The position numbers were made by a program, and so were the translations under genes. From the NCBI GenBank assembly GCA_038087875.1, contig JAXLNO010000056.1:1-38908 (forward strand): a DNA stretch of 38,908 nt. Reading direction: 5' to 3'. Under the pieces are notes generated by a model, which was given only the letters and a program-made list of their open reading frames with translations, was not told the DNA's origin and did no database searches. This DNA is from Malacoraja senta. Lineage: Eukaryota. The stretch's first letter is position 1. The number at the start of each line of letters is the position of its first letter. This document shows, piece after piece, positions 22,092-34,446 of this stretch.

Positions 22092-22222
22092 TGGGTATGA
22101 AGGAACTGCAGATACTGGTTTCAATCAAAGATAGACACAAAATGCTGGAGTAATTCAGCAGGACAGGCAGCACCTCTGGAGAGCAGGAATGGGTGACGTT
22201 TTAGGTCGAGACCCTTCTTTGG
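22092..22222 (-). mobile_element. Penelope-derived short element with truncated hammerhead core
   Basis: AAGGAACTGCAGAT.CTGG...ACACAAAATGCTGGAGTAA.TCAGC...GGGTGACGTTTTAGGTCGAGACCCTTCTT. Confidence 0.8.
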
Positions 22223-22273
22223 TTGTTAGACAACAATAGGCTATGCGGATCTGATTTATTTAAGTTACAAAAC

Positions 22274-22790
22274 AATGGTGCAGCAATTATTGCTCCAGGG
22301 ACCCTGGTTCAATTCTCACCTGAGATGCTGTTTTTTGGGGGTTTGTGTATTTTCACGACGACTGCGTAGGTTTCCTCCCAGATTGCAAAAATGTGCTGAT
22401 GGTCGAGTGGCGGCAGTAAATTACCCATTAGTGTATGCTAAAGGCAAAAGGAATCAAAGGGCAATTGATACACATTATATGGCTTCACTTATTTTTGATA
22501 TTGTGCCCTGTTTAATAATGAGCCATTTTTCTTCCTTGAGTTTATGGAAACAGGCCCTTTGGCCCACCAAGTCCGTGCCGACCAGCGATCCCCACATATT
22601 GACACTATCGTACACGCACTAGGGACAATTTTATACCAAGCCAATCAACCTAAGACCAGTACGTCTTTGGAGTGTGGGCGGAAACCGAAGATCTCGGAGA
22701 AAACCCATGCAGATCACAGGGGGAACATACAAACTCCGTACAGACGAGCACCTGTAGTCAGGGTCAGCTGTGCCACCGTGCCGCCACATG
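22274..22790. mobile_element. HE1/V-SINE copies: degenerate plus (22274-22440) and minus (22537-22790)
   Basis: GGAAACAGGCCCTTTGGCCCACC...TTTGGAGTGTGGG.GGAAACCGAAGATCTCGGAGAAAACCCA...TGTGCCACCGTGCCGCC. Confidence 0.8.
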
Positions 22791-23048
22791 TGTAAGAGAA
22801 ATCAAGTTGCAGAATTACAGGGAAATAAGGGAAATGAAACTAATGGGGTGCTCCCCTGTGAGGTGCATAGACCTTGAACTGATGGGCCAAATGGCCTCCT
22901 TCTGCATTGTTGCAACTGAAAGATGAATAAACATCTGATCAATGGTGACCTTTCCAGGGACTCCAGGAAGAAAAATGGGTCATTATCAAACAGGCCATAA
23001 AATCAAAAGTAAGTGCTGCCATATAATTAAGAGTCACATTACATTCAG

Positions 23049-23310
23049 AGTGGCACAGTGATGCAGCTGGTAGAGTTGATGCTTCACTGTTAGAGACCCG
23101 GGATCAACCTTGATCTTGGGTGCTCTCTATGTGGAGTTTGCACATTCTCCCTGTGATCACAAGGGTTTCCACCAGGCGCTCCGGTTTCTTCCCACATTCC
23201 AAAGATGGGTTTGGAGGTTAATTAGTCTCTGTACATTGTCCCTATTGTATAGGGAGTGGATGCAAAAATGGGATAACATAGAGCTCGTGTTAACGGGTGA
23301 TGGATTTGGT
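23049..23310 (+). mobile_element. HE1/V-SINE
   Basis: GTGGCACAGTGATGCAGCTGGTAGAG head; GTGGAGTTTGCACATTCTCCCTGTG V-domain. Confidence 0.8.
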
Positions 23311-23644
23311 GGGTCTTCCTTAATCCATATGACTAACATCGAAATCTATCAAGCCTAATTCAAAAAGTAACATTTGACATGCATTAATTATCATTTGCAG
23401 AAGTTTCACATTTTTACAATTCTTTGGAAGTAAATGCTCTTCAACATCATGACATTGTTTCTGAAAAGGATAGTGCTAATTCTAAGACTACTTTATGTCC
23501 CACGGTGAAATGCAAATAACGGACATGACATCGCCGGGGGGGGCGGGACTTGTCAGCGATTGTTCCAAACCCCTGCGTCCATCACATCACTGGCCGGTGG
23601 AGACGGGAGGATGGGGGTCATTTTCCCACACAAGTCATTATTTG

Positions 23645-23885
23645 ACTTTTCGGCACAGCGGCATTCGGTTAGTTGGCTTGTAGGCGACGCAGCCTTTCGG
23701 TTAGGTGGCATTTCGGCAGAGCGGCCATTCGGTGAGTTTGCTTTTAGGCGACGCAGCCTTTCGGTTAGTTGGCTTTTCGGCGTCCCGCCCTTTCGGTTTG
23801 TTTGCGTTTCAGCTTCGTATGCTTTCGTGTTATTTGGCGTTTCAGCTTCGTTTCCATTCGGCTATTTGGCTTCGACTTCTTTGCT
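23645..23885 (+). repeat. 16-bp-periodic TTCGG array with a 64-bp higher-order repeat, in a CpG-rich insert (~23495-23922)
   Basis: TTCGG/TTAGG/TTCAG-like motifs start at 23649, 23664, 23680, 23696, 23712, 23728, 23744, 23760, 23776, 23792, 23808, 23824, 23841 and 23857; TAGGCGACGCAGCCTTTCGGTTAG recurs after 64 bp. Confidence 0.85.
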
Positions 23886-24007
23886 TCGGCTTCTCGTCCT
23901 TCAACGCCACGTCCGCACACGGCTTATGGTCAGCATGGATTCAACAGGCTGAAGGATCAGTTACCACGTTGCATGATTCTATAACTCCATGTTTGATGTC
24001 CAGACCT

Positions 24008-24315
24008 GGGCAGCGGTAGAGTTGCTGCTTGCAGCGCCAGAAACCCGGGTTCAATCCTGACTATGGATGCTTGTCTGTATGGAGTTTGTATGTTCGCCCC
24101 ATGACATGCATGGGTTTTCTCAGAGATCTTCGGTTTCCTCCCACACTCCAAGGATGTATAGGTTTGTAGGATAATTAGTTTGGTATAAATGTAAAGAGTC
24201 CCTCGTGTAGGATAGTGTTCAAGTGTGGGGCTCCCTGCGGATTCGGTGCGGATTCGGTGGGCCGAAGGGCCTGTTGCATGCTGTATCTTTAAATTAAACT
24301 AAACTAAACTAAACT
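24008..24315 (+). mobile_element. HE1/V-SINE
   Basis: GCAGCGGTAGAG...GGGTTCAATCC, V-domain, GGGCCGAAGGGCCTG and (TAAAC)n tail. Confidence 0.88.
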
Positions 24316-24339
24316 CAGACACTATTCCAGGTGGGATTA

Positions 24340-25020
24340 CACCCAGCCTTTATATGTCTGCAGGATATATGCCTCATATTCCTGACCAGAATTACCCCTT
24401 TTGATTGTGAACTTGACATGACATTAGTACTACAGTATACATTATAAAACTCCCCAATCTATTTGGAACCCTACAGCCTCTAATTTTCCACCAATTGTTG
24501 ATTTGTGGACATTTTACATCTGAAATAATCCATGTCCAACCATTTTGCCCAACCCCTTGTCACATTGTAACCAGATACTTCCACCGACACTGCTTCTGTT
24601 GACAGGTATATATAGTCCTGTCCTTTATAGTTGTTCACAGGCGAGTGGTTATGCCCTCCTCACAGTTCCCCCTTGCAACATCATCAATCATGGATCTGCC
24701 ATTTATGCCTGCATACAAATTTGACTTTTGACTCAATTTGCCAGCCAGATCAATAAGTTGATATTAATTCCCCAATTTTACCTGATGGTCTGAGGAAATG
24801 TTATCAAATCAATCCACGTAAGTAATTGACAGTAATATTCCTCTGTCAACATCACACCTTCAATAAACTCCCTTCATGTTTATCAGAGATGGCCTAACCA
24901 AGGCAAATCCAAGGAGGTTTTGCTGATCAGCTAAAAAATTCTCAAGATTTTCTGTCATGCTATCCTTCATTACTGTACATTGTTCATTCTGTCTATTACC
25001 TTCTTTGATTCCTAGACATT
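24340..25020 (-). mobile_element. Very old CR1 RT remnant
   Basis: Minus strand ATGAAGGATAGCATGACAGAAAATCTTGAG...GGATTTG..GGTTAGG..ATCTCTGATAAAC...GAGTTT.TTGAAGGTGTG resembles a decayed KD...HL...HGF..GRSCLTNL.EFFE.VT. Confidence 0.55.
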
Positions 25021-25139
25021 TATAATTTAAAGCAAAAGCTTCATGAGAGCTTCACAATAACTTTGTCAAAGTTTTATGACTTCAGTGTAAACCAAAGCAC
25101 TATAAATTATTGTGCAGCACTGAGTGTTGTAATGGAGAT

Positions 25140-25630
25140 AGTCACAGAGTCAGAGAGTCATGGCGTGCAAACAGTTCCTTCATCCCAACTTACCCATGCC
25201 AACCAACATGCCCCATCCACACTAGTCCCACCTGCCCACACTTGGCCCATATCTCCCTAAACCTATCCTATCCATGTACCTGTCCAAATGTTTCTCAAAC
25301 ATTATGATAGTACCTGCCTCAACTATGTCCTCCAGCAACTCGGTCCACACACCCACCACCCCTTGTTGCTCCAGCATCTGTGGCTACTTGTTTTAAACCA
25401 GCATCTGCAGTTCTTTCCTACACATCCAGTTTTAACTAACAGGCTCAACTCCTTGGATTCAATTGAAAGCCAATGACCAACCACCCCAGTTTTACTACCC
25501 ATCAATGCTGAGCATAGGATGGGTTCTCAGATCTGTAACATTAGTTTCTTTCCACAGATGCTATCTGACCTGTTGAGTGCTTCCAGCATTTTCTGTATTA
25601 ATTTCAGATTTCTAGCATTTTCAGTTTTTT
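25140..25630. mobile_element. CR1 3' tail (minus, 25140-25362) and Penelope-derived tails (plus, 25365-25425 and 25520-25630)
   Basis: CCCATCCACACTAGTCCCACCTGCCC..TTGGCCCATATC; AAACCAGCATCTGCAGTTCTTTCCTACAC; TCCACAGATGCT..CTGACCTG.TGAGT..TTCCAGCATTTTCTG. Confidence 0.7.
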
Positions 25631-25817
25631 ATTCTCTACATTAGGGATTGACAGTTTTTGAATGTCTGAAAGACAATCTCTTTGAAACCTATGGGCTCGT
25701 AGACTTGCACATGGAGTCTTAGGATCGGCCATTGGCTGAGCTCATTAAGGACTTGCCTCATTGATTAAATGCCACCTAGTGAAGGTAAAAATCAACAGTT
25801 GCAAAATATCTATAGAA

Positions 25818-26605
<788 letters not shown>

Positions 26606-27168
26606 AAAGAGAGAGGAGATAAAGGACTTTCAAACACAAAAGTACAGTAAGAGAAGCCATTATTTGAAAATATAGGCTAGATATGTGTGTCTGTCTGATT
26701 GTGTATAAAATATACATTGCAAGTGCATGGCCCTGCAATCTCCGACCTAAAGTACTATTTGTTTCTTTCTTTATTGTATTGGCTCATTTTTCTTCATAAT
26801 ACGGTGATATACAGTATGGAATGCTGCAGCTGAAAACGGCCGACTGCCTTATGAGATTTAACCAAACACAAAGTCAAGAAAATTCAATTGTGGGATGGAT
26901 GGTTGCAATGCCCCTCTCGTGCTTCAGTTAATTTAATACAACTTTGCCATCGTTGCTATTCTTGTTGCATAATTTGTGCATCTGCTCTTTTCAAGGGGAT
27001 TCTCTATGCCGCTGCACATTGCTTCAATTGCAATGTGGAAGAAATATTTTGGTAATTGTTCAAGATTAATCAAGCCTATTTGCTTCAATTCATTTGGCCT
27101 AGTTCTTATAAATCAACATCTGTCAGTACTTTATTGTTAAAGAATATTCACTCAAATCCTGAGCAACC

Positions 27169-27461
27169 TCGGCACAGTGGCACAGCGGTAAAGGTGCTGC
27201 CTTACAGCGCTTGCAGCGCTGGAGACCCGAGTTCAATCCGACTATGGGTGCTGTCTATACTGAGTTTGTACGTTCTCCTTGTGACCGCATGGGGTTTTCT
27301 CCGAGATGTTTGGTTTCCTCCCACACTCCAAAGACGTACAGGTATGGAAGTAAATTGTCTTGGTATAAATGTAAATTGTCCCTAGTGTGTGTAAATGTGC
27401 AGGGATCGCTGGTTGGTGGGGGCTCAGTGGGCTGTTTCCTCGCTGCATTTCTAAACTAAAC
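27169..27461 (+). mobile_element. HE1/V-SINE
   Basis: GGCACAGTGGCACAGCGGTA head, GAGTTCAATCC B-box, V-domain and CTAAACTAAA tail. Confidence 0.88.
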
Positions 27462-28409
27462 CACACTCATTTCATATAATGTATACAGATCAACATGTTG
27501 ATGTTTGTTCACATATAAAATTGTCTATAAATGCCATTAAAAATGTGATGGAACTAAGCATAATTGGACTGCTTGTTTATAATCTTGATGACTTGAACTA
27601 CCCATGTTAAACACTAGTAAAACACAATAAATCATAAAACAATTATTATGCCATTGTTAAGGGATATGTTGGGCGAAATCTGAAAGTCACAGAAAAATAA
27701 TGTGGACATATGACACAATGTGAACTAATAAAAGAGCTGAGGTTTACATTGCATTGTATTGCCCCGGTTTACAATATTGTCAACCATTTGACATTTTCAA
27801 AGCATTCAGTCTGTAAAAATACATTGGTCAAAATGCGGAACCTTTTTACATTTAACATCTTTCATGCTGCAATGAATCAAAATCATTCGAACCTTTTTGT
27901 GAATGATGTTACTGTTATTTGGGTTACTGGAAAGAACATTTTTGTTTTTCCAAGAAACCAATGTTTTGTGTTGACTTGGACAACCATAAACGTACAGCAG
28001 GCAGCATCCGCAGATGTACTGTGAGATATCTAATGTAGCAATAATTTTCCAAACACTCCATAGGAACATTGTGAATAAACAATTGATGCCAATTATGACT
28101 GTTGACCAAATTGTGCAGTAAAACATGTTGGGGATACACAAGAGCAACAGGAATGCCTAGAGCTTGGACAACATTCGGGTGAGGGTCGAGTATGGAGCTA
28201 GGAAAGGATAAGGAAAGCACCAAGATGGGATGTTGAAATTAAATTAAATCTGGGCAAGAAGCCATCTCAGGTCACTAAACACAGGATGAAAAGAACGTGA
28301 GCTAGGAAGCAGTGGGAAAGAGCATTTTGATGACCTTAATTAAAGGAGAAGCTGGCTAAGTACTGTATCTTGGGGAAAAGGTGGCTCATGAGGAATATAA
28401 GTAATAGAG

Positions 28410-28520
28410 TATCTCAACAGAGGTCCCAACCCGACATGTCATCCATTCATGTTCTCTGGGGAAGCTGCCTGAAACCATTGAGTTAATCCAGTACTTGGTG
28501 TTTCTTTGTGTAAGTAACAG
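28410..28520 (+). mobile_element. Degenerate Penelope-derived short element
   Basis: AGAGGTCCCAACCCGACATGTCATCCATTC..TTCTCT....GCTGCCTG....TGAGTTAATCCAG.AC. Confidence 0.55.
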
Positions 28521-28689
28521 TGCATATTGTCCAAATGAATGGCCTATTCAGTGCTATAAATGCTATGCAATTCTATCCAGGTTTATGAAGGATGAGAAGT
28601 TCATCAAGAGATCAATCGCAGTGTACATTGGCACAGTGCAGCTTTTATTTGTAACTCACACTTGCTTGAAAGAAGGTTTTAGCTTCCTA

Positions 28690-28900
28690 TCCAGACTTGC
28701 ATGCAAAACACTTGGCTGATACTCCAAGGCAATGTTAGATACTGCTGTACTGAGGCAGGTGCCATAATTCACCTGTTCTCTAAGATGGACCATAAAGATT
28801 TTATCACTCTATTCTGAAGAAGAGCAGGGTGCCTTCCTCATTGGCTTGCTTTCTACTTATCCAATAATCAACATTTCTGGAAATACAAGAATTGTCTCAA
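28690..28900 (+). mobile_element. Ancient DeuSINE/SacSINE-like remnant
   Basis: CCAGACTTG...GGCTGATACTCCA...TGCTGTACTG..GGTGCC...TCTCTAAGATGGACCATAAAGAT....CACTCTATTCTGAAGAAGAGCAGGG resembles the Deu domain. Confidence 0.55.
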
Positions 28901-29322
28901 AATACATGTTGGATGGAGGTTATATGTTTCCATTTGACTGAACTCTCAAAATACTCTCCTTTGTCCACTGGTAACACACTTCCAGAAGTTTTATCCACCT
29001 CCTCGAGATCCAACTTCTTAGTTATCAGGGATCATGTTCCCTCTTATTTCTTTACAACAAATTTAAAACGGCAGTTGAGATCCCATGCATGGTGAAGGTT
29101 TGCAGTGTTTAATCACTTTTGTTGAATCTAAAATGGCATCACAGATGCATTGTTGTAATTAGCTGTTGTTTCCTATATGCCTGCACTGCTACCCAGTGGC
29201 CACGAACACTTTGTGAAATTTCCACAGTGTTTTGGGGCATAAAACGACATCTATGTTACAACACTTTTCTATGTAGTTTTGCTCCTGCCGCTATTCTTGA
29301 CACAGCAGTAATCTTAAAATAA

Positions 29323-29998
29323 GGGCAGCACGGTGGCGCAGCAGTAGAGTTACTGCCTTGCAGCGTTTGCAGCATCAGAGACCCCCGGGTTCGATCCCCA
29401 CTACGGGTGCTGTCTGTACGGAGTTTGTTCATTCTCCCCATGACCACGTTGGTTTTCTCCGAGATCTTCGGTTTCTTCCCACACTCCAAAGATGTATGGG
29501 TTTGTCGGCCAATTGGCTTGGCATAAGTGTAAATTTCCCCAAGTGTGTGTAGGATAGTGTTAATAGAAACAAAGAAACAGAAAATAGGTGCAGGAGGAGG
29601 CCATTCGGCCCTTCGAGCCAGCACCGCCATTCATTGTGATCATGGCTGATCGTCCCCTATCAATAACCTGTGCCTGCCTTCTCCCCATATACCTTGACTC
29701 CACTAGCCCCTAGAGCTCTATCTAACTCTCTCTTAAATCCATCCAGTGACTTGGCCTCCACTGCCCTCTGTGGCAGGGAATTCCATAAATTCACAACTCT
29801 CTGGGTGAAAAAGTATTTTCTCACCTCAAGTCTTAAATGACCTCCCCTTTATTCTAAGACTGTGGCCCCTGGTTCTGGACTCGCCCAACATTGGGAACAT
29901 TTTTCCTGCATGTACTGGGATCGCTGGTCGGTGTGGACTTGATGGGCCGAAGGGCCTGTTTCCATGTTGTATCAATAAACGAAACTAAAAATAAAAAT
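29323..29998 (+). mobile_element. HE1/V-SINE split by a minus-strand CR1 3' fragment (29564-29910)
   Basis: GGGCAGCACGGTGGCGCAGCAGTAGAG...GGGTTCGATCCC; SINE body stops at GGATAGTGTTAAT and resumes at TGTACTGGGATCGCTGGTCGG; the insert matches 9190-9510. Confidence 0.88.
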
Positions 29999-30184
29999 AC
30001 AATAATTTATAATTTAGGTGTGGTCTTTGTGAGCATTGTTGTAGGCTCCATTTACAATAGTTGTCAAAATGGTTCATGGCATGCTGGCCTTTTATCATGG
30101 GAAATTAACAGCCCATATATTCAGCAATGGCTAATAAGTGCCAAGTAGCATTCATGTCCAAAATGTACCAGGCAATTATCATTT

Positions 30185-30243
30185 CCAGTCTGAAGAAAGG
30201 TCTCGACCCGAAACGTCACCCATTCCTTCTCTCCAGAGATGAT
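30185..30243 (+). ncRNA. Hammerhead-like core of a Penelope-derived element (continues at 31618-31665)
   Basis: CAGTCTGAAGAAAGGTCTCGACCCGAAACGTCACC; body interrupted by a Rex1 insertion. Confidence 0.65.
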
Positions 30244-31617
30244 TGTATATCTTTATTGTCATTTCCTGAGTATTCGCATACCCAGAGGAAACAAAAAAAC
30301 GTTCCTCAACCAGTGTCCATTTCAGTGTGTGCAGTAAAAAATAAATAGAAGTAAAAATACATATATCATGAACAAATTAACACTCTACTCTAGTAAACAT
30401 CAACAGGCGTTCCGATCGGCAGCGGCACGACAGTGGCTCTGCTGCAGTGTGTCCAGGTTGGTGGTTGGTGCACGATACTTTGGCAGGGGACAAAGTCCGT
30501 TTATCAGTCTTATAACCTGCGGGAAGAAGCTGAGGAGCATCCTGCTGGTTTTGCACCTAATGCTCCGGTACCTCTTCCCAGATGGCAGGATAGAGAATAT
30601 GTGATGGGATGGGTGGTAGGGGTCTTTGATGATGGAGATGGCTCTGCTGATACATCTCTTCCTGTATATGTCCAGCAGGAAAGGGAGTGGAGCACCAATA
30701 ATCCTGCTGGCGGTCTTCACAATCCTGTCTAGTTGGTGCCGTTCGTACGCCTTGCAGCTCCCGAACCAGGAAGTGATGCCGTAGGTTAATGTGCTCTCGA
30801 TTGTCCCCCTATAAAAAGTTCGTAGGTGTGTAGTGGGGAGACCTGCTTTACGTAGTCTTCGGAGAGGGTGTAGTCGCTGCTGGGCTCCCTTGACCAGTGC
30901 TGTGGTGTTGATCGTGGACGTCAGGTCATCTGACAGGTGGAGTCCTAGGAACTTCACGCTGTTGACCCTTTCCACATCAGCTCCATCGATGTGCAGAGGT
31001 GTATGGTGTTGTTTTCCCACCCTCCTGAAGTCAACCACCATCTCCTTAGTTTTTCCCACGTTGAGAATGAGGTTGTGGGATTTGCACCATCCTGTGAGCA
31101 GCTCCACCTCCATCCTGTACGCCGACTCATCATTGTCACTGATGAGACCCACCACTGTTGTGTCATCAGTGAACTTGTTGATGAAGTTGTTGTTGAGTCT
31201 AGCAGTACAGTCGTGTGTTAGCAGACTAAACAGCAGGGGGCTTAGGACACAGCCTTGGGGCGAGCCAGTGCTCATGGCTATGGTTTTTGATGTCCTACTG
31301 CCCACCCTGACTGTCTGCTGCCGTTGCGACAGAAAGTTCAGGACCCAGTTACATGTGCCAGCATCAACTCCCAATAGCTCCAACTTCTCCACCAGCTGCT
31401 GTGGAATGATTGTATTAAAAGCAGAGCTGAAGTCTATGAAGAGGATCCTGGCATAAGTATTTTTCCAATCAAGGTGTGACAGTACGAGGTTCAGTGTTGT
31501 TGAGACTGCGTCCTCTGTGGATCGGTTGGCTCTGTAGGCGAACTGCAGTGGGTCTAGGTCGGCAGGTAGACTATTTTTGATATGCTGCATAACCAGTCGC
31601 TCATAACCAGTCGCTCA
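30244..31617 (-). mobile_element. Rex1/Babar-type LINE, 5'-truncated, with RT ORF 30400-31590
   Basis: [47 protein letters not shown] (FADD variant), [25 protein letters not shown] near the 3' end; 5-bp TSD ATGAT (30239-30243 and 31618-31622). Confidence 0.92.
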
Positions 31618-31729
31618 ATGATGCCTGTCCCGCTGAGTTACTCCAGCTATTTGTGTCTGTCTTCCAACAATAATCTAACCTTGATATTTAATGCCATTTT
31701 TAATACTTTATCCCCCACCATCAATAGTC

Positions 31730-32745
31730 TGGGGGTGAGGGGTCATTATTGACCAGTAAACAAACTTTACTCGCCACAGAAAGAGCACATCAGAGGTTGG
31801 GTGTCATTCGACAAGAGACTCACCTCCTTATACTCAAGGGCTTTCCTCCATTGCAGGGCACGTCAGGAGTGAGATGGAATACTCTGCTTACCAAGATGAG
31901 AGCAGTGCCAACAACTCTCTTGGTGGTATCTAGGATAATGGATCACCACCATCAGGCACCTTTCCTAGTTGCACACCAGTCCAATGTGGAAAATTATCGC
32001 CAGTCTTTGAACATTGTTGCATCTAAATCTTGAAATATCAATATTTCAAAGACGTTTCCTCAATTATGGCCTGATAATGGCAAAAAAACATACTTAAATT
32101 TTGGAAAAATGCTTCTACCCCAACTCTTAAAATGTGGATTACAAGCATGTCTGAGACGCTACATCTTGAAGATATGAGACTCGTCTTAGCAGGAAAATCA
32201 GAGCTATTTTTAAAGATATGGTCTCCTTTCATTGATTCATTACAAGTATAGTATGGTGCAACACAATTTTGGAATTAAACCGATTCACGAACAGGGTGAT
32301 GGGTGTGGTGAGAAATGAAGCAGGTATATCAACACGTTATGGTCCCTTTTTTTTTCTTTTATTATTATTATTTTTTGTTTTTGTCTTCTTATTCTTTTTT
32401 ATGTTTTTACTTATTCACTCCTTGACTACACTATCTGGTAGTTTAGGGGTTTACACATTCACTATTTCTTTCACTTTCTCTCTTTCTTGCTCTTTCTCTC
32501 TTTTTCTATTTCTTCTTTGTTAAATTTAAAATGGAAGATGTACAATAAAGGTATTTTGTCATATGCTGCGGTTTATACTACTGTACACTGCTTCTAATAA
32601 AAATATTAATTAAAAATAAAAAAAATTTAAAAAAATCTTAGAATATCACCTCCAACAGCACGGTGGAAGTACCGGAAGAATGGCAGTTGTTCAACAAGAC
32701 GGCTCACTAAGGTAATTTAGGTTTAGGTAATAAATGTTTCCCTTC
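31730..32745 (+). mobile_element. Old CR1/L2-clade LINE 3' remnant, split by L1
   Basis: GTCAGGAGTGAGATGGAATACTCT (VRS.MEYS-like); continues after the L1 as CCTCCAACAGCACGGTGG...AAGACGGCTCAC...AATAAATG. Confidence 0.5.
32041..32632 (+). mobile_element. L1-clade LINE 3' end
   Basis: ILKFWKNASTPTLKMWITSMSETLHLEDMRLVLAGKSELFLKIWSPFIDSLQV* (stop 32249-32251) resembles a fish L1 ORF2 C-terminus; T-rich 3' UTR, AATAAA, A-rich tail; 16-bp imperfect TSD AAATCTTGAAATATCA / AAATCTTAGAATATCA. Confidence 0.8.
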
Positions 32746-33009
32746 ATACAGATCATGTATATCAGGGTAGGAACAATAGCATCAGCAACAGAATTAACTG
32801 GTACAATCATCAGAGGAAGTCACGTGCTGGTGCATTATCTGACTGATGACATAAACAGGGTTTTCCAATTTGTGCCAAGTTAACTCTCCAAAAGTATATG
32901 TTGTCGTTAATATGATTTCCCTGCCATCACCACATTACACTGCAGAGAGAGCAGAGGTTGCCAAGACAAAAACATTGTAACAATGGGGAAAGATTAGATA
33001 AATTATTGT

Positions 33010-33335
33010 TGTTTACTTTGGAACAACAGAGGATGAGGCGAGATATAACCGAGAGGCTTGGTTCGAGTAAATAGGAGGAACCTATAAGAGAGATAAAAAA
33101 TTAGTGAATATAAAGTTAAAGTAACCTGCAGAAGGATTTGAGAGATGATGAATGATTTTTCACCCGAAGGGTGGTTGGATCTGGAAGTCACTGTGTGAAA
33201 GAGGGTTGAGGTAGCAAGCTTTTTTTCCCATTTAAATAGTACCTGAAGACATGTGCCATTAGGACTGATGGATTAGGCCAGGTAAATCTTTCTCAAACAA
33301 CACGGCTACAGTGGGACAAATGGCCAGCTGTATTA
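33010..33335 (+). mobile_element. Old CR1 3' remnant
   Basis: TTTACTTTGGAACAACAGAGGATGAG..GAGAT; TTTTTCACCC.AAGGGTGGTTGG.TCTGGAA; GTGGGACAAATGGCC. Confidence 0.6.
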
Positions 33336-33339
33336 TCAA

Positions 33340-34176
33340 TCTAAGATAGACACAAAATGCTGGAGTAACTCAGCAGGACAGGCAGCATCTCTGGAGAGAG
33401 GGAATGGGTGACATTTTGGGTCGTGATCCTTCTTCAGACTGAGAGTCAGAGGAGAGGGTCTAGAGATATAGAAGGGTAAGATGTGAAAATGACAGATCAA
33501 AGCAGATGGTGATAACTAGGAAATGTAGAATGGCTCATTGTTAACTGAGGGGAAAGTGGCAAAGCGGCATACAATCAGTAAAGTGCCTGTCCCACTTGCA
33601 TGCGATTGCATGCGTTTGGCGCGACCAAACGGAAGCGGAGTTCACGTGAAGTTCACGTTAAATACGCGCTAAATACGCGCTAAGTTCACGCATGACGTCA
33701 TTTGCGTCATACTCACCAATCAGCTGGGCAGGAGGCGGGCCGACTGAATTTGGGCGGCGCACGGCATCGGGCGGTGATGTCATCACGCAACGCCATGTCG
33801 GGCGATGACGTCATCACGCAACGCCACGCGCTAGGCATATGCCGTCAAGATGCTACGTACGCCGTCAAGACGCTGCGTACGACGTCAAGACGCTGTGTAC
33901 CACCGCAATGTGCCTGCGTGCCGACAGGCCGTTGGCGCGCGAAGATTTCGGCCACTGCCAGAATTTCAGAGCCCCGCGTGATCTCGGGACCAGCCTCGCA
34001 CAACTCCGCACTTCTAAGTGGGACCGGCCCCGCGCAGCCATACGGTGCCCGTACGCCTCAAGCGACCACGAGATCGCGTAATTTGCGAGCCAAGGTCGCG
34101 TAAGTGGGACAGGCCCTTTAGATTTAATCAGGAGGACAGTAGAACTAGTGGGAAAACTAGCATGCGGGGGGGGATC
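33340..34176 (-). mobile_element. Longer Penelope 3'-end fragment with degenerate hammerhead core, split by a MITE
   Basis: AGACACAAAATGCTGGAGTAACTCAGC...GGGTGACATTTTGGGTCGTGATCCTTCTTCAGACTG; continues after 34120. Confidence 0.75.
33582..34117. mobile_element. PIF/Harbinger-type MITE, CpG-rich
   Basis: TIR AGTGCCTGTCCCACTT ... AAGTGGGACAGGCCCT; flanked by TAA and TTA; an internal TIR-like copy AAGTGGGACCGGCCC near 34016-34030. Confidence 0.85.
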
Positions 34177-34413
34177 ATCTATATTCCTAAAAGTAAGATC
34201 TTGACCGCTTTTGATTCGCTGTGCTGTGATTTGCGAGAGAACGCCGCCACCTACAGCCGTCATTTTTGGCCACCTCGCACAGAGCCCCCCCCCCCCCCTC
34301 CGCCGGTCTGGACCAGAGGATTTTTCGCATCGATGAAAAATCAAAGAGATATTAATGTTTTTTAAATGTTCGCCATTCTCTCTGCTGCCCCTGCTGGTGG
34401 GAGGGGGAGGGAT

Positions 34414-34446
34414 TATAAAACCCGGAAGTGGTGTGCATCACTCAGT
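34414..34446 (+). promoter_or_regulatory. TATA + ETS + initiator-like core promoter motif set
   Basis: TATAAAA 34414-34420, CCGGAAGT 34422-34429, TCAGT with A at 34444 (TATA at -30). Confidence 0.35.

Noticed and set aside
28815..28830. CTGAAGA as another hammerhead core
   Set aside because: No stem II or GAAA follows; it belongs to the Deu-domain-like GAAGAAGAGCAGGG motif.
29323..29405. tRNA gene
   Set aside because: A/B boxes are followed by the V-domain and a CR1-like tail; it is a SINE head and I could not form a full cloverleaf. The same applies to the other HE1 copies.
34383..34400. CTCF site (CCACCAGCAGGGGCAGC on the minus strand)
   Set aside because: One base short of the CCASYAGRKGGCR consensus; unsupported without a scan or ChIP data.
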